Origin: a virus
Reading direction: 5' to 3' (one strand)
Length of the DNA: 64,000 bases
IMG/VR virus record: IMGVR_UViG_3300024312_000003
Coordinates: 96,001 to 160,000 of that record
The notes beneath the pieces are model-generated. The model made no database searches, was not told the origin of the DNA, and worked only from the letters and a program-made list of their open reading frames with translations. The number at the start of each line of letters is the position of its first letter. Positions within the stretch are counted from its first letter, which is position 1. The position numbers and the translations under genes are program-made. Positions 9,277 to 19,164 of the stretch are shown piece by piece.

Positions 9277-12200
9277 TTATAACGGATCCAATATAACGGC
9301 TATTTTAACAAGATATTGCTGTCCACCATATACTGCAGTTAATGTAGTATTACCAACATCTGGAGACACTCCGTGTGCTACCAAATGAGTTGGATCTACT
9401 TGACTTAACAGTAGTCTGGCCCCAACTATCCACGGACTGCTTATTGTCGGGGCTTCATTACCCCACGATCTACCTGCGGAGAATCCAGCAATTACTCTTT
9501 GATTTGCAGATGTTGCTGATATGGTTATTTCTCCATTCACACCCGATGCACCTTGTGAATCACCAACGCTGTTAACATAAGTACCAGCCACTTCATAAAC
9601 AACAACGCTACATGTATCTTGAACATTAGACGTTCCAGTTACTGTAAAGTTAGAGCCAGTATTTGTGACAACACAAGTATATAGTTGATAAAAAGCAGAA
9701 TTATATCCAATAGAAATATCTTGTCTCTTTACCCATGCATTACCAAAATTATCACCGATACTCTGCCCATTCATTACAAAAGCAACAAGAGTGTTACCTA
9801 CTACAGGCGCAATGCTCATGACAACTGCGGCAGTCATTGCTGGAGTCGGCCATGTGTCTGATCCAGATGCAATTTGAACAATTTCTGCTGCTGATGCATT
9901 TGTAACTGTCCTAACATCGGAATAAACAACGGTCGTACCTACAACATTAGTTGCATCATATCTGACTCTTATTTGTCCAAGATGTGATGCTGTCAGTAAC
10001 AATGTTGGACCGTTTTCACCAACAATATCGCTCCAGCCTGAACCAGTATTTACTTGCCACTGTCTGATTACTGTATCTGGATTATAAAGCCAAGACGGAT
10101 CAGTGACTGATACTGTTTCACCAGGGACGTATATATCTAAAGAATCTAAAGCCGGTTGTTGAGCAGCCACAGGAGCAACCCTAGGAGGAGCTGTAGGATC
10201 TCTTTCTAAAGCTCCTAAGTCAGTTGATCCAATATTAGTCGGTCTTAAAGATATACCATTTGTTCTTGGATTAGGTTGTCCTTGAACAGGGTGATCTGTA
10301 CCGACACTGGCAGGAATACCAGCAGGTAATGAACTATATATGTCTATTGCAGGTGATCCTGCTCCAAGTGACAAGTCGTGAAATTCTTTATTGATAAATA
10401 CTGGATCAGAAGCAATAATTGTTCCTAATCTATTAACAGCGTGGGATGATGAAGTAGCACCACGAGCAGCACTGGCATCTAGGATGGTGGTATATCCCTG
10501 TATTAGGTTTGTACCTCTCAAATTGAGAGTACCTGCCAAATACAGTAGATTCAATCTGGCGATAGAACCATCAAACAAAATCACATTACCCCATGCTTCA
10601 CACACTGTTTCAGGCCATGATAGCTGTATGAAGAATTGGTCGGCTTGATTGTAATTACTGTTATGGTAGTAAGTATTGCTAAAGAAATACAATTTCTTTC
10701 TGTGATTTACAGCAGCTGATCCACTGCCTTCCCACTCACCACCGCCTTCTGACCCATCTGATCCAAAGTGAATAGGTCTCCAAGCATTACCTGATAAATT
10801 CTCATCATTGATCAGAACATTACCATAAACGTAGTCAATGCCAAAATCAGGATATTCGACAAACGCATCTGTAAATTCAGGATGCACCATGTCAATCATT
10901 CTGGATGTAGACTCTATCCAATTATAACGAATGACTTCTTTACCGACTCTACTCTTATAGGTAGATCCACCAGCTCCATTGCGACCTCTGCCAAGGTAGT
11001 TACCTTCTATTAAAGCGTCGTAGCCTTGAATGTAACATCCGTGTTCATAACCGCTACCATTTACACCATTACCGTAAATGCGGTTATATTGTATTTTAAT
11101 TCTCTGACAAGATTCACCAATACCGCCTGGTTTTGACATGGTGAATATGCCTTGAGAATTATCGTATATGACGCAATTTCTAACAGTCACATCACTGGTA
11201 GGTTGTATCCAAATACCTGCGGAGAATCCATACTGTACAGTAGCACCTAGTGAATTGGTATAGGAAGCATCAGCAGCAGCTCCTCTTATTTCCAAATTCT
11301 GGATAATGATCCATTCTGGATTTTCACTAGTTGGAGTTCCAGGTCTTCTTTTTATCGTAATTAGACCAAAGCCTTGATTATCTGTAGTAAATATGTCGGT
11401 ATCATTACCAGGCATGCTTCCTACAGCAGTCGTCGCATTTCTACCATCGATGATTGGTCTATTACCATCCTCATCAGTTACACCGTTTATGATGAAAGGT
11501 GCACTAGCTGTCGCCTTAACGGCAAAAGCAAATTTCGTCTTGTAAGGTAAGGCTCTGTGGTGTATGTTAACAACATCACCAGCCATCATACTCGCCCAAG
11601 GTACAGTGTCTAATTCTTCATACGGAAAATCTGGACCAACATCGAATGTTCTTGTTCCAGTTATTCTGGTTGTAACTGGATTGCTATCGATGTTTATCAA
11701 ACCACCTTGCAATACAATTGTAAGTATTCCAGTTCTCGAATCCGTTCCATCGGTTACTAAATATCTGATAATTATGTTGCCAGACATTTCAGAACCAGTT
11801 CTGTTACGAATCCAAGTTCCATCTGCGTTAAGTCTGAAGTTACCATAATCAGGAACTATAACAGTGGTTCCCGGAGAATGAGTACCAGCAACGCCATCAA
11901 TTGTAAATGACACTATGGATAAAGTATCTGATTCATAATCTGAATCGTTACTCAAGACATTACCTTGCTGTGATGTTGCTCCTTGAGTAGATACTAAAGT
12001 ATCATTAGATACAACGGGAGAACTATTTGTGCCGATTATGTTTACTTCTAATTCGCTGAATTTTCTACCACCAGATGTGTCTTCAACAGCGCATAGGAAA
12101 AATTCACTTACAGACTCACCTATTTTTAAAGCACGAGCAGCATTGTTTGGCGTGAAAGAGAAACTACCGTTTCTATTAATAATCATACTACCATAAGCAG

Positions 12201-12564
12201 TACTAAAAGAAACTCCAACATTTCTCGTAATAGAGTTGTTTTCGACATACGTTACATACAGCTCATCTCCGACGTCCGCATCGCTGTCATTCATCAGAAT
12301 ATTACCGTTTATGGTGTTATCTGAATCATTACCGCTGAATAAATCATCAATTGCGTTTGGTAATTTGTTTATTTGAAGAAGAGCTTGTTCTAGCGATGAT
12401 ACTCTGCTAAGTAACTCCTCACCACCAATTTGTACAATACTTCCGTCTGGTTTCTTTATGACTAATTTACCAGATACAAAAGAATATCCCATCTCTCTGA
12501 TAAGCATGTCAGTAGGATCTATATTTGGTTTATTTTCTGTAGACCTTGTTAAAAATCTATTCAT
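9277..12564 (-). CDS. Large tail-fibre/depolymerase-like protein 3
   Basis: 1095 aa; shared N-terminal anchor (DPTDMLIREMGYSFVSGKL), GNVLSND repeats, beta-helix repeats (VRNCVIYDNSQGIF, IEGNYL, IRYNWI); divergent C-terminus. Confidence 0.75.
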   Translation of the reverse strand: MNRFLTRSTENKPNIDPTDMLIREMGYSFVSGKLVIKKPDGSIVQIGGEELLSRVSSLEQALLQINKLPNAIDDLFSGNDSDNTINGNILMNDSDADVGDELYVTYVENNSITRNVGVSFSTAYGSMIINRNGSFSFTPNNAARALKIGESVSEFFLCAVEDTSGGRKFSELEVNIIGTNSSPVVSNDTLVSTQGATSQQGNVLSNDSDYESDTLSIVSFTIDGVAGTHSPGTTVIVPDYGNFRLNADGTWIRNRTGSEMSGNIIIRYLVTDGTDSRTGILTIVLQGGLINIDSNPVTTRITGTRTFDVGPDFPYEELDTVPWASMMAGDVVNIHHRALPYKTKFAFAVKATASAPFIINGVTDEDGNRPIIDGRNATTAVGSMPGNDTDIFTTDNQGFGLITIKRRPGTPTSENPEWIIIQNLEIRGAAADASYTNSLGATVQYGFSAGIWIQPTSDVTVRNCVIYDNSQGIFTMSKPGGIGESCQRIKIQYNRIYGNGVNGSGYEHGCYIQGYDALIEGNYLGRGRNGAGGSTYKSRVGKEVIRYNWIESTSRMIDMVHPEFTDAFVEYPDFGIDYVYGNVLINDENLSGNAWRPIHFGSDGSEGGGEWEGSGSAAVNHRKKLYFFSNTYYHNSNYNQADQFFIQLSWPETVCEAWGNVILFDGSIARLNLLYLAGTLNLRGTNLIQGYTTILDASAARGATSSSHAVNRLGTIIASDPVFINKEFHDLSLGAGSPAIDIYSSLPAGIPASVGTDHPVQGQPNPRTNGISLRPTNIGSTDLGALERDPTAPPRVAPVAAQQPALDSLDIYVPGETVSVTDPSWLYNPDTVIRQWQVNTGSGWSDIVGENGPTLLLTASHLGQIRVRYDATNVVGTTVVYSDVRTVTNASAAEIVQIASGSDTWPTPAMTAAVVMSIAPVVGNTLVAFVMNGQSIGDNFGNAWVKRQDISIGYNSAFYQLYTCVVTNTGSNFTVTGTSNVQDTCSVVVYEVAGTYVNSVGDSQGASGVNGEITISATSANQRVIAGFSAGRSWGNEAPTISSPWIVGARLLLSQVDPTHLVAHGVSPDVGNTTLTAVYGGQQYLVKIAVILDPL

Positions 12565-12609
12565 GATTGTTCCACGGTTAATCTTAACACATTATAATTC
12601 AGCATAACA

Positions 12610-12639
12610 GCATAAAGAGGGGAATTCCCCTCTTTATGC
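12610..12639. terminator. Terminator-family repeat (perfect 30-bp palindrome)
   Basis: GCATAAAGAGGGGAATTCCCCTCTTTATGC. Confidence 0.85.
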
Positions 12640-12643
12640 TTTA

Positions 12644-13042
12644 CTATTTGTTCATATATGCGTTTAAAGTGCGCTTAAAGCAATCATATCTTTCCATCGG
12701 TGTTTTAAGATGATCTTTCTGATAACGCAAATAATCCAAAGTATTAGTTACGTGATCAAAATTGGAAGAAAGATAAACTCTGACTACGCAACTTTTACAC
12801 AGCCTGTTATATACAAAGCAATAACATTGTTCAAATAATTCATTTGTAGATTTAACTGATTTAAATCCTAGTAGTTCGAGATATTCTTTTACATTAAGAT
12901 TATCGTCAGCCACAAATGAGTAACCTTTATTTGACTCATTAGACTCAAAATCATCTAAATCAAAAATCTCAAAGAAATGAAAAGGATTACTATTTAGTCT
13001 TTGAATAACTTGAGGAAATAAACTATCAATGTGTCTAATCAT
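12644..13042 (-). CDS. Hypothetical protein
   Basis: 132-aa ORF with RBS-like GAGAG upstream, ending at a terminator. Confidence 0.65.
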   Translation of the reverse strand: MIRHIDSLFPQVIQRLNSNPFHFFEIFDLDDFESNESNKGYSFVADDNLNVKEYLELLGFKSVKSTNELFEQCYCFVYNRLCKSCVVRVYLSSNFDHVTNTLDYLRYQKDHLKTPMERYDCFKRTLNAYMNK

Positions 13043-13370
13043 TTTGTTTCTCTCATTTTAATAAAGGCTTGCTCTCTACAGTATTCAACAACTTGAGCGA
13101 CGGTATATCCGTCAGCATTGATGATTGATTGATTGATTGAGTAGTTCTGGTCAATCGATAAGTATTTTGTATTCTTTAAATTCACCACCGTTTAAACTTA
13201 AATATAGATTATCGCCTATTTCTAAATTATCGAATGATTTTATTTCTTTAAGACAAAATGAGTTGATGACATCGATGTTATCACTTTAGACAAAAAAAAA
13301 ATAAGATAGCAACATATTTAGCAATGATGGTTACAAACGCCATCATTGCTAAACTGCTTAATGAAAGATG

Positions 13371-13447
13371 TGGTGGGTCCGGAGGGACTCGAACCCCCGA
13401 CCTGCTGCTTAGAAGGCAGCTGCTCTATCCAGTTGAGCTACGGACCC
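13371..13447 (-). tRNA. tRNA-Arg(TCT)
   Basis: GGGTCCG/CGGACCC acceptor, GCTGC-CTTCTAA-GCAGC anticodon arm, CCA end, downstream hairpin at about 13316-13351. Confidence 0.95.
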
Positions 13448-13488
13448 ATTACCATTCTTTCTACATAACCTAGGTTGGTTGTGTAAAA

Positions 13489-14211
13489 TTATACAGCATC
13501 ATGTACTTTCAATCCAAATGTCTTTGGGAAATCATCCATTAACATTAGAAATTTATCTCTGATGAAATCCATATCCTCTTCAATTTCTTTCAATGTCTTT
13601 ACAACAAAAGGATCGTTTTTATCAATTTCACTCTTAGCTATTTCCTCTTCAACTTTATTTTTTCGATCAAGTAAATCTGATATTTTAATCTCGACTTGTT
13701 CGTTCAGAATGTCGATGACCTCAGTAACAGTTTGAATGTTACCAACATAAAAAGGAGGGTTCGAATGCCCGCATGCTTTAAAAGCTTCTTTATAGATCTT
13801 AGCCACATCATCGTAAATATGCAAACCAGCGTTTGCGGCGGATTCAAGATGATAACTTTTAGATCTAGAAAAACGAGCATCTAAACTCCAAAGAGATCGA
13901 GGAATATAAATCGATCCATTATCCTCACCTGAAACATTATATTCTGAAAATCCATAATTGCAGATGGAGTGTCCAATTACGCCAGTCAAGACATATTTTT
14001 TTGTACCGGCATCCTGGAGTTCAGAATCATCTGCATCTTTTACAATCAAATTAGAATTACAACTCATCGGAATGATGAATCGTTTATCTGCAATAGAAAA
14101 CATCTTTTGCAGAGGCAAAACCATATATGTTCCATTAGGCTTTGCTTGATAGTTAGAGAATGCAAAATGTTTTCCACTAACAACAATCAGATCTGCACGA
14201 AGATCAGTCAT
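13489..14211 (-). CDS. Hypothetical protein with C-terminal coiled coil
   Basis: 240-aa ORF overlapping (ATGA) with the upstream gene. Confidence 0.7.
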   Translation of the reverse strand: MTDLRADLIVVSGKHFAFSNYQAKPNGTYMVLPLQKMFSIADKRFIIPMSCNSNLIVKDADDSELQDAGTKKYVLTGVIGHSICNYGFSEYNVSGEDNGSIYIPRSLWSLDARFSRSKSYHLESAANAGLHIYDDVAKIYKEAFKACGHSNPPFYVGNIQTVTEVIDILNEQVEIKISDLLDRKNKVEEEIAKSEIDKNDPFVVKTLKEIEEDMDFIRDKFLMLMDDFPKTFGLKVHDAV

Positions 14212-14750
14212 TTCTTGTACCAGTGTGAATTAACGACATTCTTCAATTCAATCAGTTCAAAATCAGATGAAACGAGCCGATCCGACATGCTGACAATTTT
14301 GAAGAACCTTTCCTGATCAATTGGTTGTTCACTGTTGGCCAGAACTCTGGCTGCAAATTGACCAGTCCCAAAAAAGTAATGTGATTCAAAATCAACATCA
14401 TTAATGGTGACTGGATTTTCTTTATCAACTGGCTCAAAATCAATAATTAGATTTTGATCACCATAGATAACAATCACGGAACAATGGATTTTGATTCTTT
14501 CGAATAAAGCTCCCAAGTCTTTTTGAAGATCGCTGCCGATGCCATTTTTCATCACATGAACATCAATGATATTGCGAACATCATTCCAGTCTTTCTTGCT
14601 GAGAATGTGACCGCAACAAGCACCAGCGAACTTATTGTCTTCAGATAGATGGAGTTTCGAAAGTTTAGAATCAATCAAAACATGACCACGAAGATCACAT
14701 ACTTGCTTATCTGCTGCAAGACATGACCTATAAAGCATGACTAATGACAT
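14208..14750 (-). CDS. Hypothetical protein, possibly Ntn-hydrolase/HslV-like fold
   Basis: N-terminal beta-strand pattern MSLVMLY..CLAADKQ and FGTG motif recall HslV-like phage proteins; lacks the N-terminal Thr, so the fold call is weak. Confidence 0.4.
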   Translation of the reverse strand: MSLVMLYRSCLAADKQVCDLRGHVLIDSKLSKLHLSEDNKFAGACCGHILSKKDWNDVRNIIDVHVMKNGIGSDLQKDLGALFERIKIHCSVIVIYGDQNLIIDFEPVDKENPVTINDVDFESHYFFGTGQFAARVLANSEQPIDQERFFKIVSMSDRLVSSDFELIELKNVVNSHWYKK

Positions 14751-14792
14751 AATGGCATAAGGAGTGGGAATTACCCACTCCTGTTATGTTGT

Positions 14793-15107
14793 TTACATGT
14801 TGATGGGGGCGCGAGAACAGCCTTGACCAGAAACCTTAACAGTTTTGGCTGGCTTGGACGTTTGCTGCTCAACAGCCACGCCTTCTTCATTGAAAGTCAA
14901 AATGTCTCCAACGGAAAGTCCGGACTTGGAGATAAATTCAGCTTCAATCAAGGAACCATTGATTTGTTCAGACTTCGATTCATCCTTGATTCGAAGAATG
15001 ACAGTATCGTTCAGAGCAATTACTTCAGCTTTGACTGCGGATTGGAAATCAAAGGCGCCTGGCTTCTTAATGAGTTTGATTCGTTGCAGATTAGGTTTGC
15101 TCAACAT
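14793..15107 (-). CDS. Hypothetical protein (possible early gene)
   Basis: Strong RBS AAGGAA, upstream CATATCAC motif, downstream hairpin at 14756-14788. Confidence 0.7.
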   Translation of the reverse strand: MLSKPNLQRIKLIKKPGAFDFQSAVKAEVIALNDTVILRIKDESKSEQINGSLIEAEFISKSGLSVGDILTFNEEGVAVEQQTSKPAKTVKVSGQGCSRAPINM

Positions 15108-15170
15108 GGTAATTTCCTTTTTGAAAATATGTACGAGAGTACACTATTGTGATATGTGTTTAAAAAACTT

Positions 15171-15581
15171 TTACTTTTTAACTTCCATGTTTATTCCGCA
15201 TTTAGCTAACATGCTAAGAATTATTTTAGAATTAGAAGTAGCTTGATCGAAGAAAATATATCCAGTATCGTCGTTTTCTTCTATTTTATTCAAATCTCGA
15301 ACCGCGCATATGTGATATGTTGAGTTGGGAAGTGATAAAACTAAAAACGTCCTGATAGATTGTTGCCAGATATTTGGATTGTTTATCTGGATGGATTCCA
15401 AAGCTGCAGCGCTACCTGCGCAGTCATCCATTATTGGTAATGCTAAATCAATACCTAATACAATCCCATGTGGAATTTTTTGTCCATTTATATCGACACC
15501 ATATACATAATTCATTAATTCAATTTTTTTATCCTCGAGATCAGGATATGTGTATTGCGGATCTGCTGGAGTTCTAAACAT
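15171..15581 (-). CDS. Hypothetical protein
   Basis: 136-aa ORF tiled with neighbours. Confidence 0.65.
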   Translation of the reverse strand: MFRTPADPQYTYPDLEDKKIELMNYVYGVDINGQKIPHGIVLGIDLALPIMDDCAGSAAALESIQINNPNIWQQSIRTFLVLSLPNSTYHICAVRDLNKIEENDDTGYIFFDQATSNSKIILSMLAKCGINMEVKK

Positions 15582-15583
15582 TT

Positions 15584-16189
15584 TTAATCAAGTAAAGTTG
15601 TTGAAATCAAGCTAAGTACTTTATGTTTCTTAGTAAACTCACCATATTTTACAAGATGTTTAACATTAGACTTGTCGTTTGAAATGACTCCTTTATCCAA
15701 ATTATCATTCCAAGCAATGTATAGACTTTCGTTATCTAATTTCAAATCAAACATCTCGGTATTGGCGGATTTATCAACAATTAAACTTATTGTATCTGCC
15801 AACAGTTTAAGTCCTTCCGGTGTATCTACATGATAGAATCCACACCCTAATCCTTTATAAAACAAACGAGGATTAGGAGAAGTACAATCACCACCAACGC
15901 GAATAGATTTATCTGTATTCCACAATCTTTCGGCTGTCAGAGCATCAATACCTGGTCCTTTACAGATCCAGTAACTCCAGGCTCGTTTAAATTCCCATCC
16001 GTGATGAGTTCCGTAAACGCAAGTCTTTACTTCTCCTGACTGAGATTTGATTGCTTTACAAATAGTACTGTCAGGATCATAAACATAATCATTTCCTTGG
16101 TATATGTTTTTAATCCCAGCCGCTTTTAACTCAGCCATTATTTTTTGATCGTTATCGGGACGATCGCCGGCTAGATTTTCAAAGCTCAT
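15584..16189 (-). CDS. Hypothetical protein
   Basis: 201-aa ORF tiled with neighbours (GWEFKRAWSYW motif). Confidence 0.7.
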   Translation of the reverse strand: MSFENLAGDRPDNDQKIMAELKAAGIKNIYQGNDYVYDPDSTICKAIKSQSGEVKTCVYGTHHGWEFKRAWSYWICKGPGIDALTAERLWNTDKSIRVGGDCTSPNPRLFYKGLGCGFYHVDTPEGLKLLADTISLIVDKSANTEMFDLKLDNESLYIAWNDNLDKGVISNDKSNVKHLVKYGEFTKKHKVLSLISTTLLD

Positions 16190-16195
16190 ATTTAT

Positions 16196-16732
16196 TTAGC
16201 TCAAAATTTTACCAGTACCAGTACTAGCAATTTCCGGTAGACTAAGATTCTGTACGAGACTCATACTACAAATAGGACATCTAGGACGATTCATTGAATT
16301 TACTGGATGATTTTCCAGTTTCAGAAATGTATGACCGAGATCACACTTATCAATTACTGGATTTAAAGCCAATACTTGTTTCGAATGCTCGCTTAGTTCT
16401 TTGTATTCTGATTTAGATGCATTATCAGTCAAAGATAGAATTCGATAAGCTGTAGATCCCTTATATGTCAAAGCATAGTATCCTTCTTCAGCCTTAACGA
16501 CAATAGGACACATGTATCCAAGACTGATCAGTCTAGAATTACCTGATTTAGACGGTACATCGCCCGCACCAAGAGGACCATTCTTAAATGCGGCTCTGAT
16601 GACATCTCTTTCAGCAGACGTAAAGTCCTCTACTTCCTGAATGATTTTCAAGGCAGCATTAATTTCCTCTTGAGAAGATAGCTTTGTTGAGACATGAATG
16701 ATCTCGAATAGGTCTTTGAGTTTATAAGTCAT
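16196..16732 (-). CDS. Hypothetical protein, possible winged-helix domain
   Basis: FTSAERDVIRAAF...RLISLGYM...YALTYKG pattern. Confidence 0.55.
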   Translation of the reverse strand: MTYKLKDLFEIIHVSTKLSSQEEINAALKIIQEVEDFTSAERDVIRAAFKNGPLGAGDVPSKSGNSRLISLGYMCPIVVKAEEGYYALTYKGSTAYRILSLTDNASKSEYKELSEHSKQVLALNPVIDKCDLGHTFLKLENHPVNSMNRPRCPICSMSLVQNLSLPEIASTGTGKILS

Positions 16733-16938
16733 TTAGATTGCCTAACTGGAATTGAAATAATCTTACCACTACCTTGATCAATAATAGACCCGTCGACTTG
16801 TTTGATATGAACTGGGATGTCTTCCCAGTCAGTAGCTATTTCCATAGTAATGTTATTTTCATAAAGAGTTCTAAATTGAAGTTTATCAGGTTCTTCACTA
16901 TTTTCTACTCTCAAGTAACGCAGTTGACATTTAAGCAT
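16729..16938 (-). CDS. Hypothetical protein
   Basis: 69-aa ORF overlapping the next start by 4 nt. Confidence 0.6.
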   Translation of the reverse strand: MLKCQLRYLRVENSEEPDKLQFRTLYENNITMEIATDWEDIPVHIKQVDGSIIDQGSGKIISIPVRQSK

Positions 16939-17008
16939 TAGAAATAAATAAAGTTAGTTTACGACATATACAGTGGTAGGAATAACTTCCTACCACTGTA
17001 TGTTGTTT

Positions 17009-17099
17009 TGGCGGAGAGTGAGAGATTCGAACTCTCGATACACTTTTGGTGTATGCTCCCTTAGCAGGGGAGTACCATCGGCCACTCGGTCAACTCTCC
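17009..17099 (-). tRNA. tRNA-Ser(GCT)
   Basis: GGAGAGT/ACTCTCC acceptor, CTCCC-CTGCTAA-GGGAG anticodon arm, long variable arm, G73-CCA. Confidence 0.95.
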
Positions 17100-17102
17100 A
17101 AA

Positions 17103-17273
17103 TCAATGTTTGTAGAAAAGCTTTCTTGCTTTTCTAATTTTCACTTCAGTGAATTTCTTAGCGTGTTTATTCCAGCCAGAAGCTATCATCTCATCACTGA
17201 CTGTCTTTAAACAATTTTGCCATCTCCTAGGATCAATGTCACTTGGCTTAGCACACACTAGTAAAGTAGGCAT
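17103..17273 (-). CDS. Small basic hypothetical protein between the two tRNA-Ser genes
   Basis: Start re-assigned to MPTLLVC (RBS AGGAAAAAAAG); the tracked 17369 start lies inside the tRNA. Confidence 0.5.
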   Translation of the reverse strand: MPTLLVCAKPSDIDPRRWQNCLKTVSDEMIASGWNKHAKKFTEVKIRKARKLFYKH

Positions 17274-17293
17274 TTCTTTTTTTCCTAAAATGT

Positions 17294-17383
17294 TGGCGGA
17301 AGCGGTGAGATTCGAACTCACGGTAGGATCTCTCCTACACCGGTTTTCAAGACCGGGGCCATAAACCACTCGACCACGCTTCC
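17294..17383 (-). tRNA. tRNA-Ser(TGA)
   Basis: GGAAGCG/CGCTTCC acceptor, CCGGT-CTTGAAA-ACCGG anticodon arm, long variable arm, GCCA end. Confidence 0.95.
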
Positions 17384-17389
17384 TAATCT

Positions 17390-18240
17390 CTTCTATTTTA
17401 ACTCAGCAATCCGACGCCAAGTCTATGGTCAATTCCATACAGCAACCCAAGGGAGTGAGAAGCCTGTTAGTCGAGGAATGAGTACTTTTCTCAAATGAAG
17501 GTAATTAGCCTTCACGGTCCTGATATTTCTATCGTTCAATCCAAGAACTGTGTTGCAGAGGCTCCACTTTTGGAACTTACAGAGCACGTCAAACGCTTCC
17601 GAGCTTGACTGGTATAACATTCTCTTGATACTCGACTCATTCATTAAAATCGTAGGCAATTATTCTGCGTTACCCCATTGCCAGGTCTCTATCACACGCA
17701 GCCTTTGGCTAGTCATTAGTTTCGATAAGTATTCTTATCTAAGCATCATCCGTCAGACTATTATGGCGATCGATTATCCGATAACCCACAGCTATCGCTT
17801 TGGAATTACCATTTACGGATAGTATTTCTACAAAGAATATCCTTGTCCGTCGACTCGTTTATTCTCATCATCGAATTCAGTTACAGAACCGCTGCAACCT
17901 CAACGACACGCCTGCAATTGTTGATGACACTTATTCGCAATCTATAGAGGAATCTGTGGTGCCGGGCTTCATGCGAAGCCATTCCGTTGATTGATCCCAT
18001 CAGAGTCAAAACTCTTCCAATCTCTATAAATCACTACAATACACGCCTATACCAACGCTTTCCTGTTCCGGAACAGTTATACGTTGACAGAGTATTCTCT
18101 CTGTGACAGTATTGCTAGTTTATGCCCTTATTCTGGTATTCGGGCTCAATATGTTGTCTACCAGACTGACAAGAAGAAGTTGATAACGACTCGAGATGTT
18201 GTTAATCAGTTTCTCCAAAACATACATAGATTGTGTAAAA
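17390..18240 (-). ncRNA. Large structured ncRNA candidate, possibly ROOL-like
   Basis: About 850 nt without a convincing ORF; many hairpins, a pseudoknot at 17655-17701 and the motif GAATAAGGGCATAAACTAG at 18115-18133; immediately 5' of tRNA-Ser. Boundaries are approximate. Confidence 0.55.
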
Positions 18241-18247
18241 TATTACA

Positions 18248-18460
18248 TCAATCGCTCAATTTCTTTATTTCAACAGTATGGAATCGGTGAGGTTCATATT
18301 GTAAATTTACAGTATGAATTCGACCGTCATCACAAAGTATGATTACTGATGGAACTTGTAAATAAACTTCACCAAAACGTTCAACTGACGATGTCCATTT
18401 CAGAACTTCGCCAGAGACAGTTATACATGTTCTACCAATTAGATTAATTTGAATCTTCAC
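18248..18460 (-). CDS. Hypothetical protein
   Basis: 70-aa ORF tiled in an operon. Confidence 0.55.
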   Translation of the reverse strand: MKIQINLIGRTCITVSGEVLKWTSSVERFGEVYLQVPSVIILCDDGRIHTVNLQYEPHRFHTVEIKKLSD

Positions 18461-18466
18461 GATTAG

Positions 18467-18721
18467 TTACTGTTTAAAGATTTGATTAGACCAGTAATAA
18501 GGAAATGCTACTGCAGATACTAGTGCTAGAAATTCAATGGTTTCATTTTCACGTTGATGAGTCCAGCATTCTTTATTATTGATATTACATTCAATCGCTG
18601 TCTTATCAATGTTATTGATAGCGTGACCAAAAGTAATCACAGACATGAAGATATAAAGAAATACAGAAAATGATTTCCAGAACTTAAAAAATCCAGTATC
18701 TCGAAAACGGATTGACATCAT
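18467..18721 (-). CDS. Small two-TM membrane protein
   Basis: Two hydrophobic segments; RBS AAGGAA. Confidence 0.65.
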   Translation of the reverse strand: MMSIRFRDTGFFKFWKSFSVFLYIFMSVITFGHAINNIDKTAIECNINNKECWTHQRENETIEFLALVSAVAFPYYWSNQIFKQ

Positions 18722-18738
18722 GATTTCCTTTATGTAAT

Positions 18739-19098
18739 TTAAGTGTTCTTAAGACCACTATTCCGAACTTGTTTAATCGCCACTATTAGTTCTTTAGAAT
18801 TATCAATTGGAGGAATGCTACCAACTTGTTCAATAGGGATGGTTGTTTGTTGAACTGGAGTTTTTACATAAGCGGTATTATTAGCCATTTCATCCAACAC
18901 ACTATTAACCCAATCGTGCCTAGAAACAATTGCTACTTTTTTATTTTTTAACTGAGGTGATTGTAGTGAATAATAATCTTCTATTCGTTCGACATAGAGT
19001 ATCTCGTCTGGAACATCGCCAACATTCATGTTGTGTAATTCCGCTCTAACAGTTTTGGTCTGACCAAATAAAGTACAAGTTATGTTAGATTTTAACAT
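18739..19098 (-). CDS. Hypothetical protein
   Basis: RBS AGGAGA, 119 aa. Confidence 0.7.
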   Translation of the reverse strand: MLKSNITCTLFGQTKTVRAELHNMNVGDVPDEILYVERIEDYYSLQSPQLKNKKVAIVSRHDWVNSVLDEMANNTAYVKTPVQQTTIPIEQVGSIPPIDNSKELIVAIKQVRNSGLKNT

Positions 19099-19164
19099 TA
19101 TGTTCTCCTAGACTTTCACTAATCAATATAAAGAAAAAAAAAATATATTGATTAGTGAACAACA

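Noticed and set aside
13060-13310. Possible small gene between 12644..13042 and tRNA-Arg
   Set aside because: Only start-less partial frames next to a long homopolymer and a TCAA microrepeat; a CDS cannot be supported.
14793-15107. GroES-like co-chaperonin
   Set aside because: Size and VGD-like motif are suggestive, but the PL.DRV and mobile-loop signatures are absent.
17429-17659. 76-aa ORF inside the large RNA candidate
   Set aside because: No clear RBS and the region is tiled by hairpins; treated as probably spurious but not excluded.
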